From Scophthalmus maximus (lineage: Eukaryota), in assembly GCF_022379125.1 (NCBI RefSeq), contig NC_061519.1, positions 24,047,101 to 24,111,100 of the forward strand: 64,000 nucleotides of DNA, in the 5' to 3' direction. The stretch's first letter is position 1, and each line of letters starts with the position of its first letter. The notes under the pieces are model-generated. The model did not search any database. It saw only the letters and a list, made by a program, of their open reading frames with translations, and was not told the DNA's origin. This document shows, one piece after another, positions 22,134 to 34,222 of the stretch. A program made the translations under genes and the position numbers.

Positions 22134-22712
22134 ATGGCGAGGAAGAGTGTGATTGGGCGCACACACCAGTCTCATCTTATTCCTTTCGTCGCTGTCTATT
22201 CTCACGTCGCGAAACACTAGCGAGGGGATCGAGATGACCATCACCAGCGCCCACGTGCCAACGATCACCCTCCGCACGATCCTCCTGCTCCCGAGGGACG
22301 ACAGTCTCCTGGGGAACACGACCGCCACCAGCCGGTGCACGCTCATCAGCGTGATCAGGAAGATGGACGCGTACATGTTGACGTTGCACAGGTAGAACAG
22401 GCCTTTGCACATGGCGTCGCCGAAGACCCACGTCTGCTTGGCCAGGTAGACGACGAAGAAGAGGGTGAGGATCATGAGGAAGCCGTCGGCGCACGCCAGG
22501 TTGAGGATGAGGATGGTGGTGACCGAGCGTCGCCGGATGCGAGCCAGGATGCTCCAGACGATGAAGAAGTTGCCGGGGACGCCCAGGAGGAAGACCAGGC
22601 CGAGGATGAGGGCGCCGGAGGCCGTGGAGAAGTCATTGCTCACAACGCTGTCGTCCTCGGGGTTCGTGTTGTTCACAGTGGAAGATGAGACAGTCTGACT
22701 GAAGTTGGTCAT
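22134..22712 (-). CDS. ltb4r: ltb4r coding exon 1 (TM1-TM4, start codon 22710-22712)
   Basis: Translation MTNFSQTVSS...LGVPGNFFIVWSILARIRRRSVTTILILNLACADGFLMILTLFFVVYLAKQTWVFGDAMCKGLFYLCNVNMYASIFLITLMSVHRLVAVVFP...CAPNHTLPRH; donor CAT|GTAAGT. Confidence 0.9.
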
Positions 22713-23146
22713 GCTCGGTCCCGACTGTGATCCTGCGGACGAGACACAAAGCTAGGGACTGCATTCATGGCATTGTTGATTGTTAATAAGTGATAAATGC
22801 TTTCTTTCATGGACGAATTATAAGCAAATCATAAAAAAAAAGGTTGCCAGGTTGTGGAAAATCCTCCAGCATGACAATTATTTTCTTGTCGTTTTACCTC
22901 TTCAAATCAAATCCTCGGTGAGTCATTTTTTGAATTTTCTGGCGACATCTGGTGGTAAAGTTGCAAACCGCAAACCAACCGAGGAGCCGACAGGGGACAC
23001 TTTATGGTGTCGCGCCGCCGATTCCATTTCCGGTTTCCTGCAGCACTGACAATTCTGGAACCGTTTTGTGCAACAGCCGTATTCAACACGACGTAGCAAA
23101 CGTGGCGACTCACACGGAGGTCGGGTCCACCTCACGTAATTGTATG

Positions 23147-23240
23147 TAACTCATTCAGAGTTGACGAAGAAACATCGATTCTTTGTTGCAGGTGATTATA
23201 CATATACGAACACGGTATATTCAATATCTGTGAATGAGTT
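23147..23240. mobile_element. about 100-bp MITE family C copy 1 (termini AACTCATTCAGAG / CTGTGAATGAGTT)
   Basis: taactcattcagagttgacgaagaaacatcgattctttgttgcaggtgattatacatata...ctgtgaatgagttc. Confidence 0.45.
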
Positions 23241-24329
23241 CTTCTAAATATTACACACTGCAGCTTTGAGCGTACGTGAGCAGATGTTTCAGCTTCCGTC
23301 ACTTTCTCCTGGGTGGTGGTTTTTCCAAAATCCGCACTTTCCGACAAATACCCTAACCGTTCCTCAGCACTGTGCCTATAGCTGTGTCGACGGCTCGAGT
23401 GAAAACTGCCTTCACATACGACACTTGCTCTTTCGAGCACAAAAACAAAATCCCTTTCCGAAAGGAAATCGTTGTGAATGATGAAAAGATGGAAAGAAGG
23501 ACATTATCCACAAGCCGAGGGCCTCGACCGTGAGATCTCCGATCGCGCCTACATGTCAAAGACGGTGCACCAGTTACTGAAGATACAGAGAAACATTTGT
23601 TCACCAATAGCACACGGGTGGATCACTGAACCAGAGGGTGGCCGCCTCCCTGACGCACCCTCTAAAGTATTCGCATCCAGACCCTGTAGCGGACGTAGAG
23701 GCAGCGTGCTAAAACACGCCGAACGTCAGCAGCACCGCGTCGCAAACACAGAGGAGGACTTCAACACGGTCTTCTCTTTTCTTCTAGACCTCCTGTTGGT
23801 TGGGGGCCGTTTATTTCAATGTCAAGTACAGAAACAAACAAACATGGAACACATGTGAAGATTTCCAAGCACATATTTCTGTGTTCTATGTGCCTTTCCT
23901 CTCAGTGAGAATGTATTTCTTTCTTCTAGCTGTGCTTTAGCACATCTTCAAGCAAGGTCATGTGGGCCGTTGGGCGGTTTGTGCTTCGTTAAAGGCTTTC
24001 ACAACACGCAACCCCTCATGCCGTTGTTGGACAGTCCCGTCGTGACCTCGAGACGGTCGGGTCGGACTCCATTGGTTTCTCAACGCGGTCTTGATTGACT
24101 CTCCCTTCCCCTCGTCTGTCTCGCTGCCTCGGAGTCTTTCTCACTGTCCGCCGACATCCACCGGTTCCACAGAACTCGGAGGCCACAGAAGGTTAAACCT
24201 TTGTGGCACATCGCTGCATATGCATCCCTGACTTGCACGTGGCGATCACGACGGATATGTGAAAGATGAGAGACGAATTTGAAGTCCTTGTCTCCTGATC
24301 AAGTCATAATCCCCTTGCCCTCGTCCCAC

Positions 24330-24337
24330 TGACGTCA
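24330..24337. promoter_or_regulatory. palindromic CRE (TGACGTCA) in a GC-rich block 1.6 kb upstream of the ltb4r start codon
   Basis: Sequence cccacTGACGTCAgttg; the flanking 23.9-24.5 kb region is CpG-containing with no coding frame. Confidence 0.3.
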
Positions 24338-24895
24338 GTTGTTGTTTATTTCCCCCCCGAATCGCTTCACGAGAGAGCGGACGAGTGAACGAAATCCATC
24401 AATGCCACACTTGAAAGCACCGCGCCTCAGGAAATATCGTGTTTTCATGTCATTGACATGTTCCGCTGGAGAAAAACAATGGCGGTACTGTAAACCGTCT
24501 GTCAGAATTAGGAAAAAAAAATTATCAAAAAGCCGCAATTTCAAACCCAATGTTGCAACGGACAAATATTCTTTTGGTAATGGACAAAGTGCCCAAATAG
24601 GGGAAGGACGGTAAAGGAAGATGCAACAGAAACTGATGTATAAGAATAAAGACAAGGTACTCCTGCTGCAAAGTTTTTTTTGACAATTTCGAGCAATAAC
24701 CCAGGCAACCTGAGCAAATTATTGGAGACTCGTATTAAAACTGAAAACTCTCCAAATCACTTCATCTCCTGCCAGACACTCTGTTTGCTTCAGCTCGTGG
24801 TCCACCGGGACATTGAAATAATGAAACCACGGTTTGTAATAAATCTGCCGCGTGTAAATAATCAAGACGGGATGAGTAAATAATAACGTTAAGAT

Positions 24896-25033
24896 GGAAA
24901 AAGAGAACAAGAGAAGTAGGGCAGATGGAAGCAAAACATTGTGGAGAGATGGAAGACACACGAATATGGAAAAAGAGAACAAGAGAAGGAGGGCAGATGG
25001 AAGCAAAAACCTTGTGGAGAGATGGAAGACACA
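24896..25033. repeat. tandem duplication, 2 x about 66 bp
   Basis: ggaaaaagagaacaagagaagtagggcagatggaagcaaaacattgtggagagatggaagacaca repeats with a few substitutions. Confidence 0.6.
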
Positions 25034-28000
25034 AATGTGATGAGGGGTTAAGACCGACTGACCTCTTCTTCTAGGACGGGGTGTCGTTCCTTCTCCGCGG
25101 TGTGTGTCAGATTCAAATATCCCCCTGGTGTTGCTCTACCGCTCCGTCCGTCTCCCACGGCGTCTCTTCTTTTTTCCCCCCTCGCATCTGTGATCTGGGC
25201 CCATAGTGCACTGATTCATGTCCTGCCCTCGCAGGCTGCAACACGCCGAGCGAGGGAGGGAGGGAGGGGGCAGCGGAGGCGCGTCCTCTCGCTCTATAGA
25301 CGAGCATCCTGAAGAAGAAGAAAAGTGACTCTGCGCAGTGGCATATGCATAATCAATATGTTAAGTACATTGAACACGGTGTACACATGATGGCTTTTTA
25401 TTTTTGTTTAAACAAATACGAATTCTTCCTCATCCTAATTTTTCGTGTCCAGAAGCACTTTTCACTCTGTGAGTCAGTCGTTGTTGCATCAGAATCACAA
25501 ATACTTTCATTAAATCACGGGGGGGGGGGGGGTTGTGTAACCTGAGGGGAAGGGATGAATGATTCAGAGGGTTTACACAAGCTCTGTCTGGGCTGTGTCC
25601 TAAGATGCAGGGTGCAAGCACACAGGGAAAAAAAAGAGAAAGAACAAAAGTCACGTTCACTAGTTGACACAAGCCTCTGACTCTGACAGGAATGTGAGAT
25701 GAGGTAGAAGCCCCGAAGCTGCCGCTGGCGCTCAGCGGCCGAGGGCAGGAGCAGCTTTTCGAAACACCTTCGTCCTTCCTGGGGAAGGTCTGCAAGAACG
25801 TGAAGGACCCTGGCCCACGCCTCGTTCACAGCGACGTCATGTCTCGGCACCAACGCAGCGTCACACTTACACACGTACACACGCCGGAGATTGACAGGGA
25901 TCTGTGTCCGACGCTGATCTGTGAAGCTGCAGCCAGAAAATCCAGTGGAGTGTTCTCCAAACTCTTTGTAATGGTCTGACTATACACAAAGTTTCCTTCA
26001 AACAGGGGTGTGTACGGGGCCACAGGCTTTTATGCTAACGCCCCTGGTTGCTATAGAAACATGTAAAAAATAAATAAATAAAGAAAAGTCGTTGCCTTGT
26101 TTGCTGGAGGCCGCTGGAGCTCCACGCCGGGCGGGAAGCACGAGATGAGAACGAAAAATCGTATTGTTTTTTTAGTTTTTTTCTTCCATATCTTATAGAT
26201 TTTAATTTAGATGCGAATGTTTCTCAGATGTGTCCCCTCTGAGCTGCTGAATGATTTCATGAACTCTTTTCTGAAACGTATTTTCGGTGTGTTATGAGAT
26301 GGCGGGCCATTATTCGAAGCACAAGTGTACTTTTGTCAATTCTTTTTTTTTTTTACTATTCACAGGGCATTTGTCAGTATCTCCATAACTTCAACAACTC
26401 ACGTGAAGGCGGAAGGGCTTTCCCGCCGGTGCTCCGTGTGAGAGAGAATATGAACAAAGTCACGTGACTGGGGGCAGAGGTCATCGCTGACGTTATGGTG
26501 GATGAAATGATTGAACACAAGATTGGATGATATGGCAATTTGGTTAGATTTAACTTTACTAATGATGGGCTCATCGTATTGATGCAGCCAACACAGCAAA
26601 AAAAGAAAAAGTTTATTTAGAGGCAGCACAGCCAAACGGGCGTCCTTAGATGTGACCCCTGTGAAAGGGTGTGTGGAGCCACCGAGGTCCTCCATCACGT
26701 CCACAGGGCCCACGAGTTCCATCCTTACATCAGCGTCTGGAGGTCAGAGACACAATCGTTTAATTGTGGTCTGTTTGGTTTCATGTGTTTTGGGGCTTTT
26801 TTGTGAGATTAACAATATTCATATATTTTTTGTCTTCGAGTGCGCAAAAGCAGGCTGATTGAATCCTTTTCTTTGGACCAAACTTTCTGATTGAACGTGG
26901 GTTTAACAGTCCTGTCACGGGCCAAGGATGAGGGATTTTTGTTGTTTCAATGTCAGAGCATTCAATTTATTCATCGCTATTGGTACATTACGAGAGGTTC
27001 AAGTAATATATGACCAAAAAAAAGTGCTTCCCAAAAATATCGCTTACCCCTCCAGTAATTATAAGCAGTTGAATAAGGGGTGGGAATTAATAAGCTTTGG
27101 CTTCCTCCTGCTCCTTTTCGGACATATATGATTTATTTAGCCATAAATATTGTTTATGACACTTTATAAACATTTAGTTTGTTTTTTTTGTATGCAGTGT
27201 CACACTTGCTCTTTTATTTGAATTTGTTCAAAAGAAAGTAGGAAATGTGACTCAAGGTTCATAAGGTTTTTCTTATGTTGATGCTTTCGTGTGTAAAATT
27301 GTCTGGACACTGATCAATATATCTTAAATCGTTGATGCGATGAGAGCTGAACACTAAATCGTGGTTCCAGTGGTTGGTGTTGCTGTCATTGTTTTGATTT
27401 GGCTCAACTGCTATTTTTGTTCAGCAATGTCCTGAATGAAGTTGGGTCACAATATTTTTCGATTTTGCAGCCACATGATGAATCTACCAGACTTCTCGGG
27501 CTTTGGACAGTTTGTCCCCAAGGTTAAAACAAAACAGTGAGAAGCAGTGTTCAGTTTTTCCACACCCCACATTACTGTATCGTTCTGCCTTTTATTTAAT
27601 TAAATTTGTGGCTGTTTAAAAAAAAAATATATATATATATATATATATTCCATTTCTTACAATATAAATCTCACTGCATTTAACCTTTTATTTTAATTTT
27701 ATTAGACTTTAGCCTTTCAAATTGTATATATTTCATCCGTCGTTAGGCACTTTTTGTGTGCAACATTTGTTGTAGTTCCTTGCTTGTCCAGTAGGTGTCA
27801 TGAAGAGAACGTGGGAAAGCACAAATGGGGGAAGTGGCGAACAGTCACAGGTGTGTTGCATACTGGAGTAACACGGTCACGTGGAGAAGACCGGACATTT
27901 GGCCATTGTTTAAATATATATAAGTCGTTTAAGTTATACAAGTTTACAACACCAGTGTAAGCCTCAGCTCTGAAATAATTCCCCTGCCCATAATGTGTCA

Positions 28001-28227
28001 AATGTTGTTTACTGTCTCTTTTGCTGTCGTTTGATAAAGAAACTTTGGGCGGAACCATGTCTCCTGCTATTTATTGTAACGAACCCGAATGACTTTGGGG
28101 TTGTTAGTACAGGTCTGAGGTAAGTGTTACAACCCCCCATGTCTTATCTTGGATCCTCTACAGAAGAGTATTAGGGCCAAGCATGAGGGGGAAGATTTAT
28201 TTTTTTAATGAGGGGGGGGGGGGGGGG

Positions 28228-28735
28228 ATTTTTTTATGATTCAACATTTCGAGAATAAAGTCGAAATAGCCCTGAACGACCGTGTTGTTGTTCCAGCTCA
28301 GCTGTCGCACATCCACGTTAACTAACGTTAGCAAAGCTACGCTAGCTCCGGTAACATCACGCCTCTCAAAATTCATGAACGGTTGTTTGTTTGCAATTGA
28401 ACGTTATCGTGTCAGGACACACGCTGGCGTTCATGTGCAAACACTCGTTGTCATCGCATCGTTTCTTTCAGATTCAGCCTGTCAATTATAATAATAGCGC
28501 AACTTTACAACTTGGTTAGCAGTTAGCGTTAGCTTAGCAAACTGGCTAGCAAAACGCCAACATCCGGTTGGTTGGAGCTGTGGAAAAGTGCTTCCGGGTC
28601 ACAATTTTCAACTTTATTCTCGAAGTAGTATTTTGTCCTTATTCTCGATATTTTGACTTTATTCTCGATATAGTTTTTCAACTTTACTGTCGACATTTTG
28701 ACTTTATTCTCGAAATTTAAATGACTGCCCCTAAC
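28228..28735. mobile_element. composite nonautonomous element: inverted termini TTTCGAGAATAAAGTCGAAA / TTTGACTTTATTCTCGAAA, internal tandem 19-20-nt subrepeats and a gctagc/gttagc core
   Basis: Left terminus atttcgagaataaagtcgaaatag (28237-28262). Right side carries 4 tandem units of tttgactttattctcga(a/t)a (28607-28720). It is flanked by poly-G (28213-28227). Confidence 0.45.
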
Positions 28736-31674
28736 ACACTTCCGTACTTCCGTATACTTCTATTTGGATCACCCTTTACTTGTCACTATGGTAACAACAC
28801 TGTTTTTGTCGTCCATGTTTTCTGAGCCTTGTAATTGTAATTTAAAGAAATTCAGGCAGATCACTTGAAATCCACGTTTTTCTTACTACGATCACATTTG
28901 ACCTGTGAAAAGGAAAGTGTGTTTATGCCTTTTAATAGTTGTTTTACAATACAAAATGCCAATTTCCCTTTTATTTTGCGGTTAGCATACTGGCGCTAGC
29001 ATTAGCGCGTTAGCTAGTTAGCTATCTATGTCTAACTTGGCCTGTTCAGTTCATGTGAGCACACGCAGACTTTTTTTGATGTGTTGTTGAGTGTTTATTG
29101 AACATTGAACTTGTTTATGGGGATATGATTATGCGTTACTGATGCAAGTTTATTTTTCTTCATTGCAGTTTTCACTCTGTCTATTGAACTCCTTTTGGAT
29201 TAAAGTTGATGGACGACAACTACTCTCCTCAGTCGTCAATGGAGGACTGCATAGCTGCGTCTGGGAAGCGGTGAGGGCAGAACAGTCTATATTAACAATA
29301 TGAAGATCTTAACAGACAGAGTGAATGTTGATGTGATTTGAATACACCAAATAAATACATTAAAAATTGTACAGTTCCAAATCGCCACACCATGAAAACC
29401 AAGAATATGATATACACAGTAAAAAGAAAAATCTTCATACATCTTCTTTTTTTTTTTTTTACATCAAAAAGTAGGGATTATTGTGTGACTATGGAAGCAA
29501 AACAGACTCGCAGCTCTGGCACTGCGGGGCCTCCAAGTAAGAGGAGTGGCAACCAACTGGCTGCTCTGGCTCCATCAGAGGCGGCGGCGATGCGGGGCCT
29601 CTTTCTATTTGCTAAATAGAAGTCAAATGTTAATCTGCTAAACAGGACAGAATAGAGAACGACTTCTGTCTTTTCTCCTCCTCACATAAACTGGAAATCC
29701 AGCAGGTCTTCCTGTGTGTCGAGCCCATCCATCACATCGCAGCAGCCCCTTTAAACAATTCTCTCGCCGTCCAACGCTGCAGTTTCCCCCAACTCCCCCC
29801 TACTGAACTTTCCAGTTCTACAACTGCTCCTGGGCCTGAACTACTGAGGATGTGCAGTCAGTACAGACGTGTTCCTCGGAGTCAAGATCAAGTTCAACCA
29901 GTAACAGAGGGATTCGCCGGTCCTGCAATTTGAAAAACTCACGAAAACATTAAAGAAATCTCTTATTTTTTGAATAGAGATTTAGATAAAGTCAAAGGCG
30001 GCTAAATCTGAAAGTGAATCCCTTTCTCCCCATTGTGGCTCTTCATCCTGCCAAAGCCAACACTATTCACACCAAAAGATGTTTTGAAAACAGAGCGGAT
30101 GAATCCGACCCCACGTTCAAGAATGGAGGAGGAAACTTAACTTTCCAAAACAATCGCATATATATATACGTATGTCTGTTCATATACAGACGAGGGGCTG
30201 TGAAAGCCAACTTTCTGTCACCTCTAACTTTCTTTGTTTTCATTTCTCTCTGACCTATCCCATAATAGGCTGCAGATGCTGCGACGAACATGTGTTATTT
30301 GTCAGACGACTGCGATTTTTGAAATGTTTAAATATCAAAATGGTGATTTTAATCCAAAATGTCGAAAGCAGCAGCACAGGAATCACTCTTCACCTGAGTA
30401 ATGTGGCATTTATGAGACGAAATATGATCGCTTTATTTAAAAAAAAATTTCTTTAGTTGTTTGACATAAAATGCACGTGGCGGTAAATTGAAGGTTCAGC
30501 TGGAGGTGATAGGGCAGAGGGGACAAAGAAAGCTGAGACTCAGACTGTAAACCAGGCGGCAATGTACATTTTTGTTTTCTGTCAAACAACAAAACTGAAG
30601 AAAAGTTTTAGCCATTTTCCAATTTATTTTTCTTTTTTTGTTTTGTCTTTTTCTCCCCCTTCCAAATTACTTGAAAAAGCTAAAAGGGTCGAACGAGGAA
30701 TCATAGAGCCAAGATGGCGGCGCACATGAGTGCAGCGGCTCTTTCTTTTCCAGGCTTTTTTGAGTGTTCTCTGATGTGCGAAGGCTTTGTGCTTTGCCAA
30801 GCAGGGGACATCTGCAGCTGTCAGGAATTGATCAAACCATGGAACTATGGCACTTTATATCCATTTGTTTTGTCTCATATTGCTCTTATCTCTGTGATGT
30901 ATTGTAGTGTAGTGTTATTTTTTCAACTTTATCATTTTAGATCTTAATGCGCCTTCCAGGTCACGGGCACAGTTCCTGTAATCTCCACTGGCTCATTCTC
31001 GTTTTCATCCAATCATAACCAGACACACACTTCTCTTGAAGCGAGCGTCGTGGCCCGTCAAAACCACAGTCAAATAAACGTCCACTCATAGTTCACTCAG
31101 CAAAAACGAGTGACCTGTGAGTGACCTCTCTCATCTCTGGGGAGTTTCAGAAGGTAACAAGATTTTTCAGATGTTAGCAACTCGAGAGCCGTCGTTGGAA
31201 GGGTGCTGGAGACGTTCGAAGATCCGACACTGATACCTTCAGTTTGGACGTGGTCTTGGACGTGAATTCGTGGGGTAATAATCAAAGCCAATAGCAAACT
31301 AAAGAGCAGCTGGCCGCCGCCCAAAAACGAAAAAAACTCCTTTTAAACCACTGGTATATAATAATTCGAACACAATTCACCCACTGAATATGTTATAATC
31401 TTCTAATGTCATTGTGGGATTTATTGATGGTGGTGACGGGTTTGGGCCTGAAGAATCTTGCATCAGTCCTGTTGGTAGCACTTTTTTTTCCCTCTCCCCA
31501 ACCAGACATGCAACATCTTGAGATGAGTCCCAGACCCGAGGCCTAACCACACAACCCCAGGAGGACGACGGGGAGAGCGAAACAAGCCCCCAGTTACTCG
31601 CCAGTATATCATGTGCCGGACGATTGTGAGAACCAGAGGAGGGCGAGGAAGGAGGATAGAGGGAAGAGGAGGGG

Positions 31675-31728
31675 TCGGAGGAGGAGGAGGAGGAGGAGGA
31701 GGAGGAGGAGGAGGAGGAGGAGGAGGAA
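31675..31728. repeat. (GGA)18 microsatellite
   Basis: read directly. Confidence 0.9.
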
Positions 31729-32100
31729 TTAGGAGAGAGACAGAGAGAGAGAGTGTGTTTATTGAAGTTTTTCGTCTCCTAACTCAGACAGAGAGCAGAC
31801 TGCAGAGGATAATGAGAAACAGATCTGTGGTGGGGAGAGAGAGAAAAGAGGGGAGGGGAGACTGGAGAGAAGGAGGGACGAGGAGGAGTCGGTGGGGAGA
31901 TGAGAGGAGGGAGGAGGAGTGGGGTTAAAAAAGGGAAGAAAAAAAGAGGAAAGGGGAGGAGAGGGAGCAGTGACAGCCCAAAAAAGGGGGGTAATGTGTT
32001 CATCACCACAGGAAATAGGCCCTTCTTATATGCAAGTAACTGACAGTAAGCGTCACAGCCCTGGTGGCCCTGCGGACGGACCGGCCTACAACGGAGACGG

Positions 32101-32156
32101 CATGAGTCCTTCTCATGAGTCCTGCTCATGAGTCCTTCTCATGAGTCCTGCTCATG
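32101..32156. repeat. 12-nt tandem repeat (catgagtcctkct) x 4.5
   Basis: read directly. Confidence 0.85.
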
Positions 32157-32317
32157 GTTGGGGGAACAATAATATACATGTATAGTTTTGGGAAAACCCC
32201 AAATGTGTGAAACAATTATTGATTCTGAGGATGACGTGAAGACAAATCCATAGGAAATTTAATGTTTGGATGCTGTGGAATAAGAGAGAACAGAAGTTTA
32301 AATTAAGTAAATGTTAA

Positions 32318-32780
32318 GTGAGTTTGGCTAAAAGAGAAACCTCCAGAGTGAGCGAGGAGGGGGCAGAGGAGGGAGAGGAGAGAGAGAGGGAGGAGGAGGG
32401 GGCGAGAGGAGGGAGAGAGAGAGGGAGGAGGAGGGGGGAGGGAGAGGAGAGAGAGAGGGAGGAGGAGGGGGCGAGAGGAGAGAGAGGGAGGAGGAGGAGG
32501 GGGGAGGGAGAGGAGAGAGAGAGGGAGGAGGAGGGGGCGAGAGGAGTGAGAGGGAGGAGGAGGAGGGGGCAGAGGAGGGAGAGGAGAGAGAGGGAGGAGG
32601 AGGAGGGGGGAGGGAGAGGGAGGAGGAGGGGGCAGAGGAGGGAGAGGAGAGAGAGGGAGGAGGAGGAGGGGGCCAGAGGAGAGAGGGAGGAGGAGGAGCA
32701 GGAGGGGGCGAGAGGAGAGAGAGAGGGAGAGGAGGGAGAGAGGAAGGAGGAGGGGGCGAGAGGAGGGAGGGTGGCGGTCA
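32318..32780. repeat. purine-only GA/GGA-rich tract of about 460 bp with roughly 60-bp periodicity
   Basis: Plus strand is almost exclusively G and A (gggaggaggagggggcgagaggagggagagagagaggg...). It generates mirror-image 186- and 188-aa low-complexity ORFs on both strands. Confidence 0.9.
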
Positions 32781-33360
32781 TGACTGACAGGCAGAACATC
32801 CTATGGGGAAAGAGTAACGGACCAACTGGAGCTGGGAAACCCACCCAGAGGCAATTAAGGGTAAAGGACGACAAAAATATTTGATAAACTTTTTCTCTCC
32901 CCCCTCCATCCCCCTCCCTCTGTCTCGAAGAAGAGGGACACGCTACAGGGACGATGACGATGATGATGATGATGGCGATGGAGCTGGAAGGAAGGAGGCG
33001 ACTTTATCTGGGAGTCATGTCGTTTCGGGAAAAGACTGTGATATCTCCCGAGCTGAGGATTTGATTTTGGACCGCAAGGCATCAAGTGTGGAGCGGGGAA
33101 GGAGGAGGAGGAGGAGGGGGGAGAAGAAGAAAGAAAAAGAAAAGTTGCAAAGATCCGATCACGTCAAGCAGATCGTGTGGAAGCAGCGTGGAGAAGTTGC
33201 CGGAGTTTGACACGGACGAAACCCTCCAAGGCGCGGAGACGTACTGCGCAATGCGCCGCGCGTAAAGACAAGGACTTTGGATAAAAGCTCTTTTTTCTCT
33301 CTCTTTTCTTCAAGAGACACAGAAGTCGCAGGGGTTGATAAGCGGGAGATAAGGGTGTAG

Positions 33361-33430
33361 ATCCCCCCCCCCCCCCCCCCCCCCCGTGTGTCTGCGTCTC
33401 TGCGTCTCTGTCCCCTGCTGCCGGAGGGCG
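33361..33430 (+). promoter_or_regulatory. nfatc4 proximal promoter / 5'UTR with a 25-nt poly-C run 46 bp before the ATG
   Basis: agatccccccccccccccccccccccccgtgtgtctgcgtctctg lies directly upstream of the CpG-island first exon. Confidence 0.45.
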
Positions 33431-33626
33431 ATGGGGGCCGCGCCGGGCTCGGGCTGGGAGGAGGGCGAGTTCGAGTTCAAGCTGGTGTTCGAGGAGGAGC
33501 CGCCGCCGCGGCCGAGCCAGGGGCCGTCGCCGGTGCGCACAGCCGAGCCGGAGAGCTCCGGTGCCGCGGAGGACCGCGAGGGCGCCCTGCTGCGCCTGGA
33601 GCCGGCCAGCGGCAACAGCAGCCTGG
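33431..33626 (+). CDS. nfatc4: nfatc4 coding exon 1
   Basis: Translation MGAAPGSGWEEGEFEFKLVFEEEPPPRPSQGPSPVRTAEPESSGAAEDREGALLRLEPASGNSSL. It sits inside a CpG island. The donor CTGG|GTCAGA is weak, so the 3' boundary is tentative. Confidence 0.7.
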
Positions 33627-33729
33627 GTCAGACGCGCCTCTCGGATTGGATGAATGTGTCTTGACGTGAAGCTCTCGAGTGACCGGGCGATGAAACTTCT
33701 GCGTGACTGTGTGTTGCAACGAGGGGCCT

Positions 33730-33939
33730 TCGTCCGCGTGTGTGTGTGCGTGCGTGTGTTTGTGTGTCTGAACTTGCATGTGTGTATGTGTGTGTGTGTG
33801 TGTGCGTGCGTGCGTGTGAACTTGCATGTGTTCTGTGCGTGCGTGTGTGTGTGTTAGTGTGTTTGAGAACTTGCATGTGTTCTGTGCGTGCCTCTTACTG
33901 CAAGAATGTGAGCACAAGTATATTTTTATTGTGTGTTTG

Positions 33940-33973
<34 letters not shown>

Positions 33974-34016
33974 ATGCAATTTGCCCTGTGCACATTACTT
34001 TTTCCTTGTTAGTGCA

Positions 34017-34062
<46 letters not shown>

Positions 34063-34075
34063 CGGCACCAAACGC
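33730..34075. repeat. cluster of (GT)n microsatellites in nfatc4 intron 1, then (CA)n at 34184-34220
   Basis: Several (GT)10-21 blocks are separated by short unique spacers. Confidence 0.9.
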
Positions 34076-34181
34076 AATGTGTTTCTAATCAGCTGTGCGT
34101 GTGAGTAGAGTTAACAGTTGCCATCTGGGTAGGAACCTCAACCTCTGTGTACTGAACCTCCATCTCCCATATTTTTCACTA

Positions 34182-34222
<41 letters not shown>

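Larger units (their letters stand above)
20181..22712 (-). other. ltb4r: ltb4r-like gene locus (leukotriene B4 receptor, class A GPCR), CDS in 3 exons
   Basis: Translation aligns along its whole length with human LTB4R. Matches: VWSIL.R..RSV, LNLA.AD, YASI.LIT.MS (as YASVLLIT in human), FWLPYHVVN, the NP.LY motif and the C-terminal AKLFEG/AKLLEG. Confidence 0.9.

Noticed and set aside
32314-32884. Two of the longest ORFs in the window (186 aa minus, 188 aa plus)
   Set aside because: Both are translations of the homopurine GA/GGA tract (poly-Glu/Arg/Gly on one strand, poly-Ser/Leu/Pro on the other). They are mirror-image low-complexity artefacts.
33386-33430. Upstream in-frame start extending the nfatc4 ORF by 15 codons (MCLRLCVSVPCCRRA)
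   Set aside because: It overlaps the poly-C run and has no counterpart in NFATC4 proteins. The conserved MGAAP start at 33431 matches human MGAAS.
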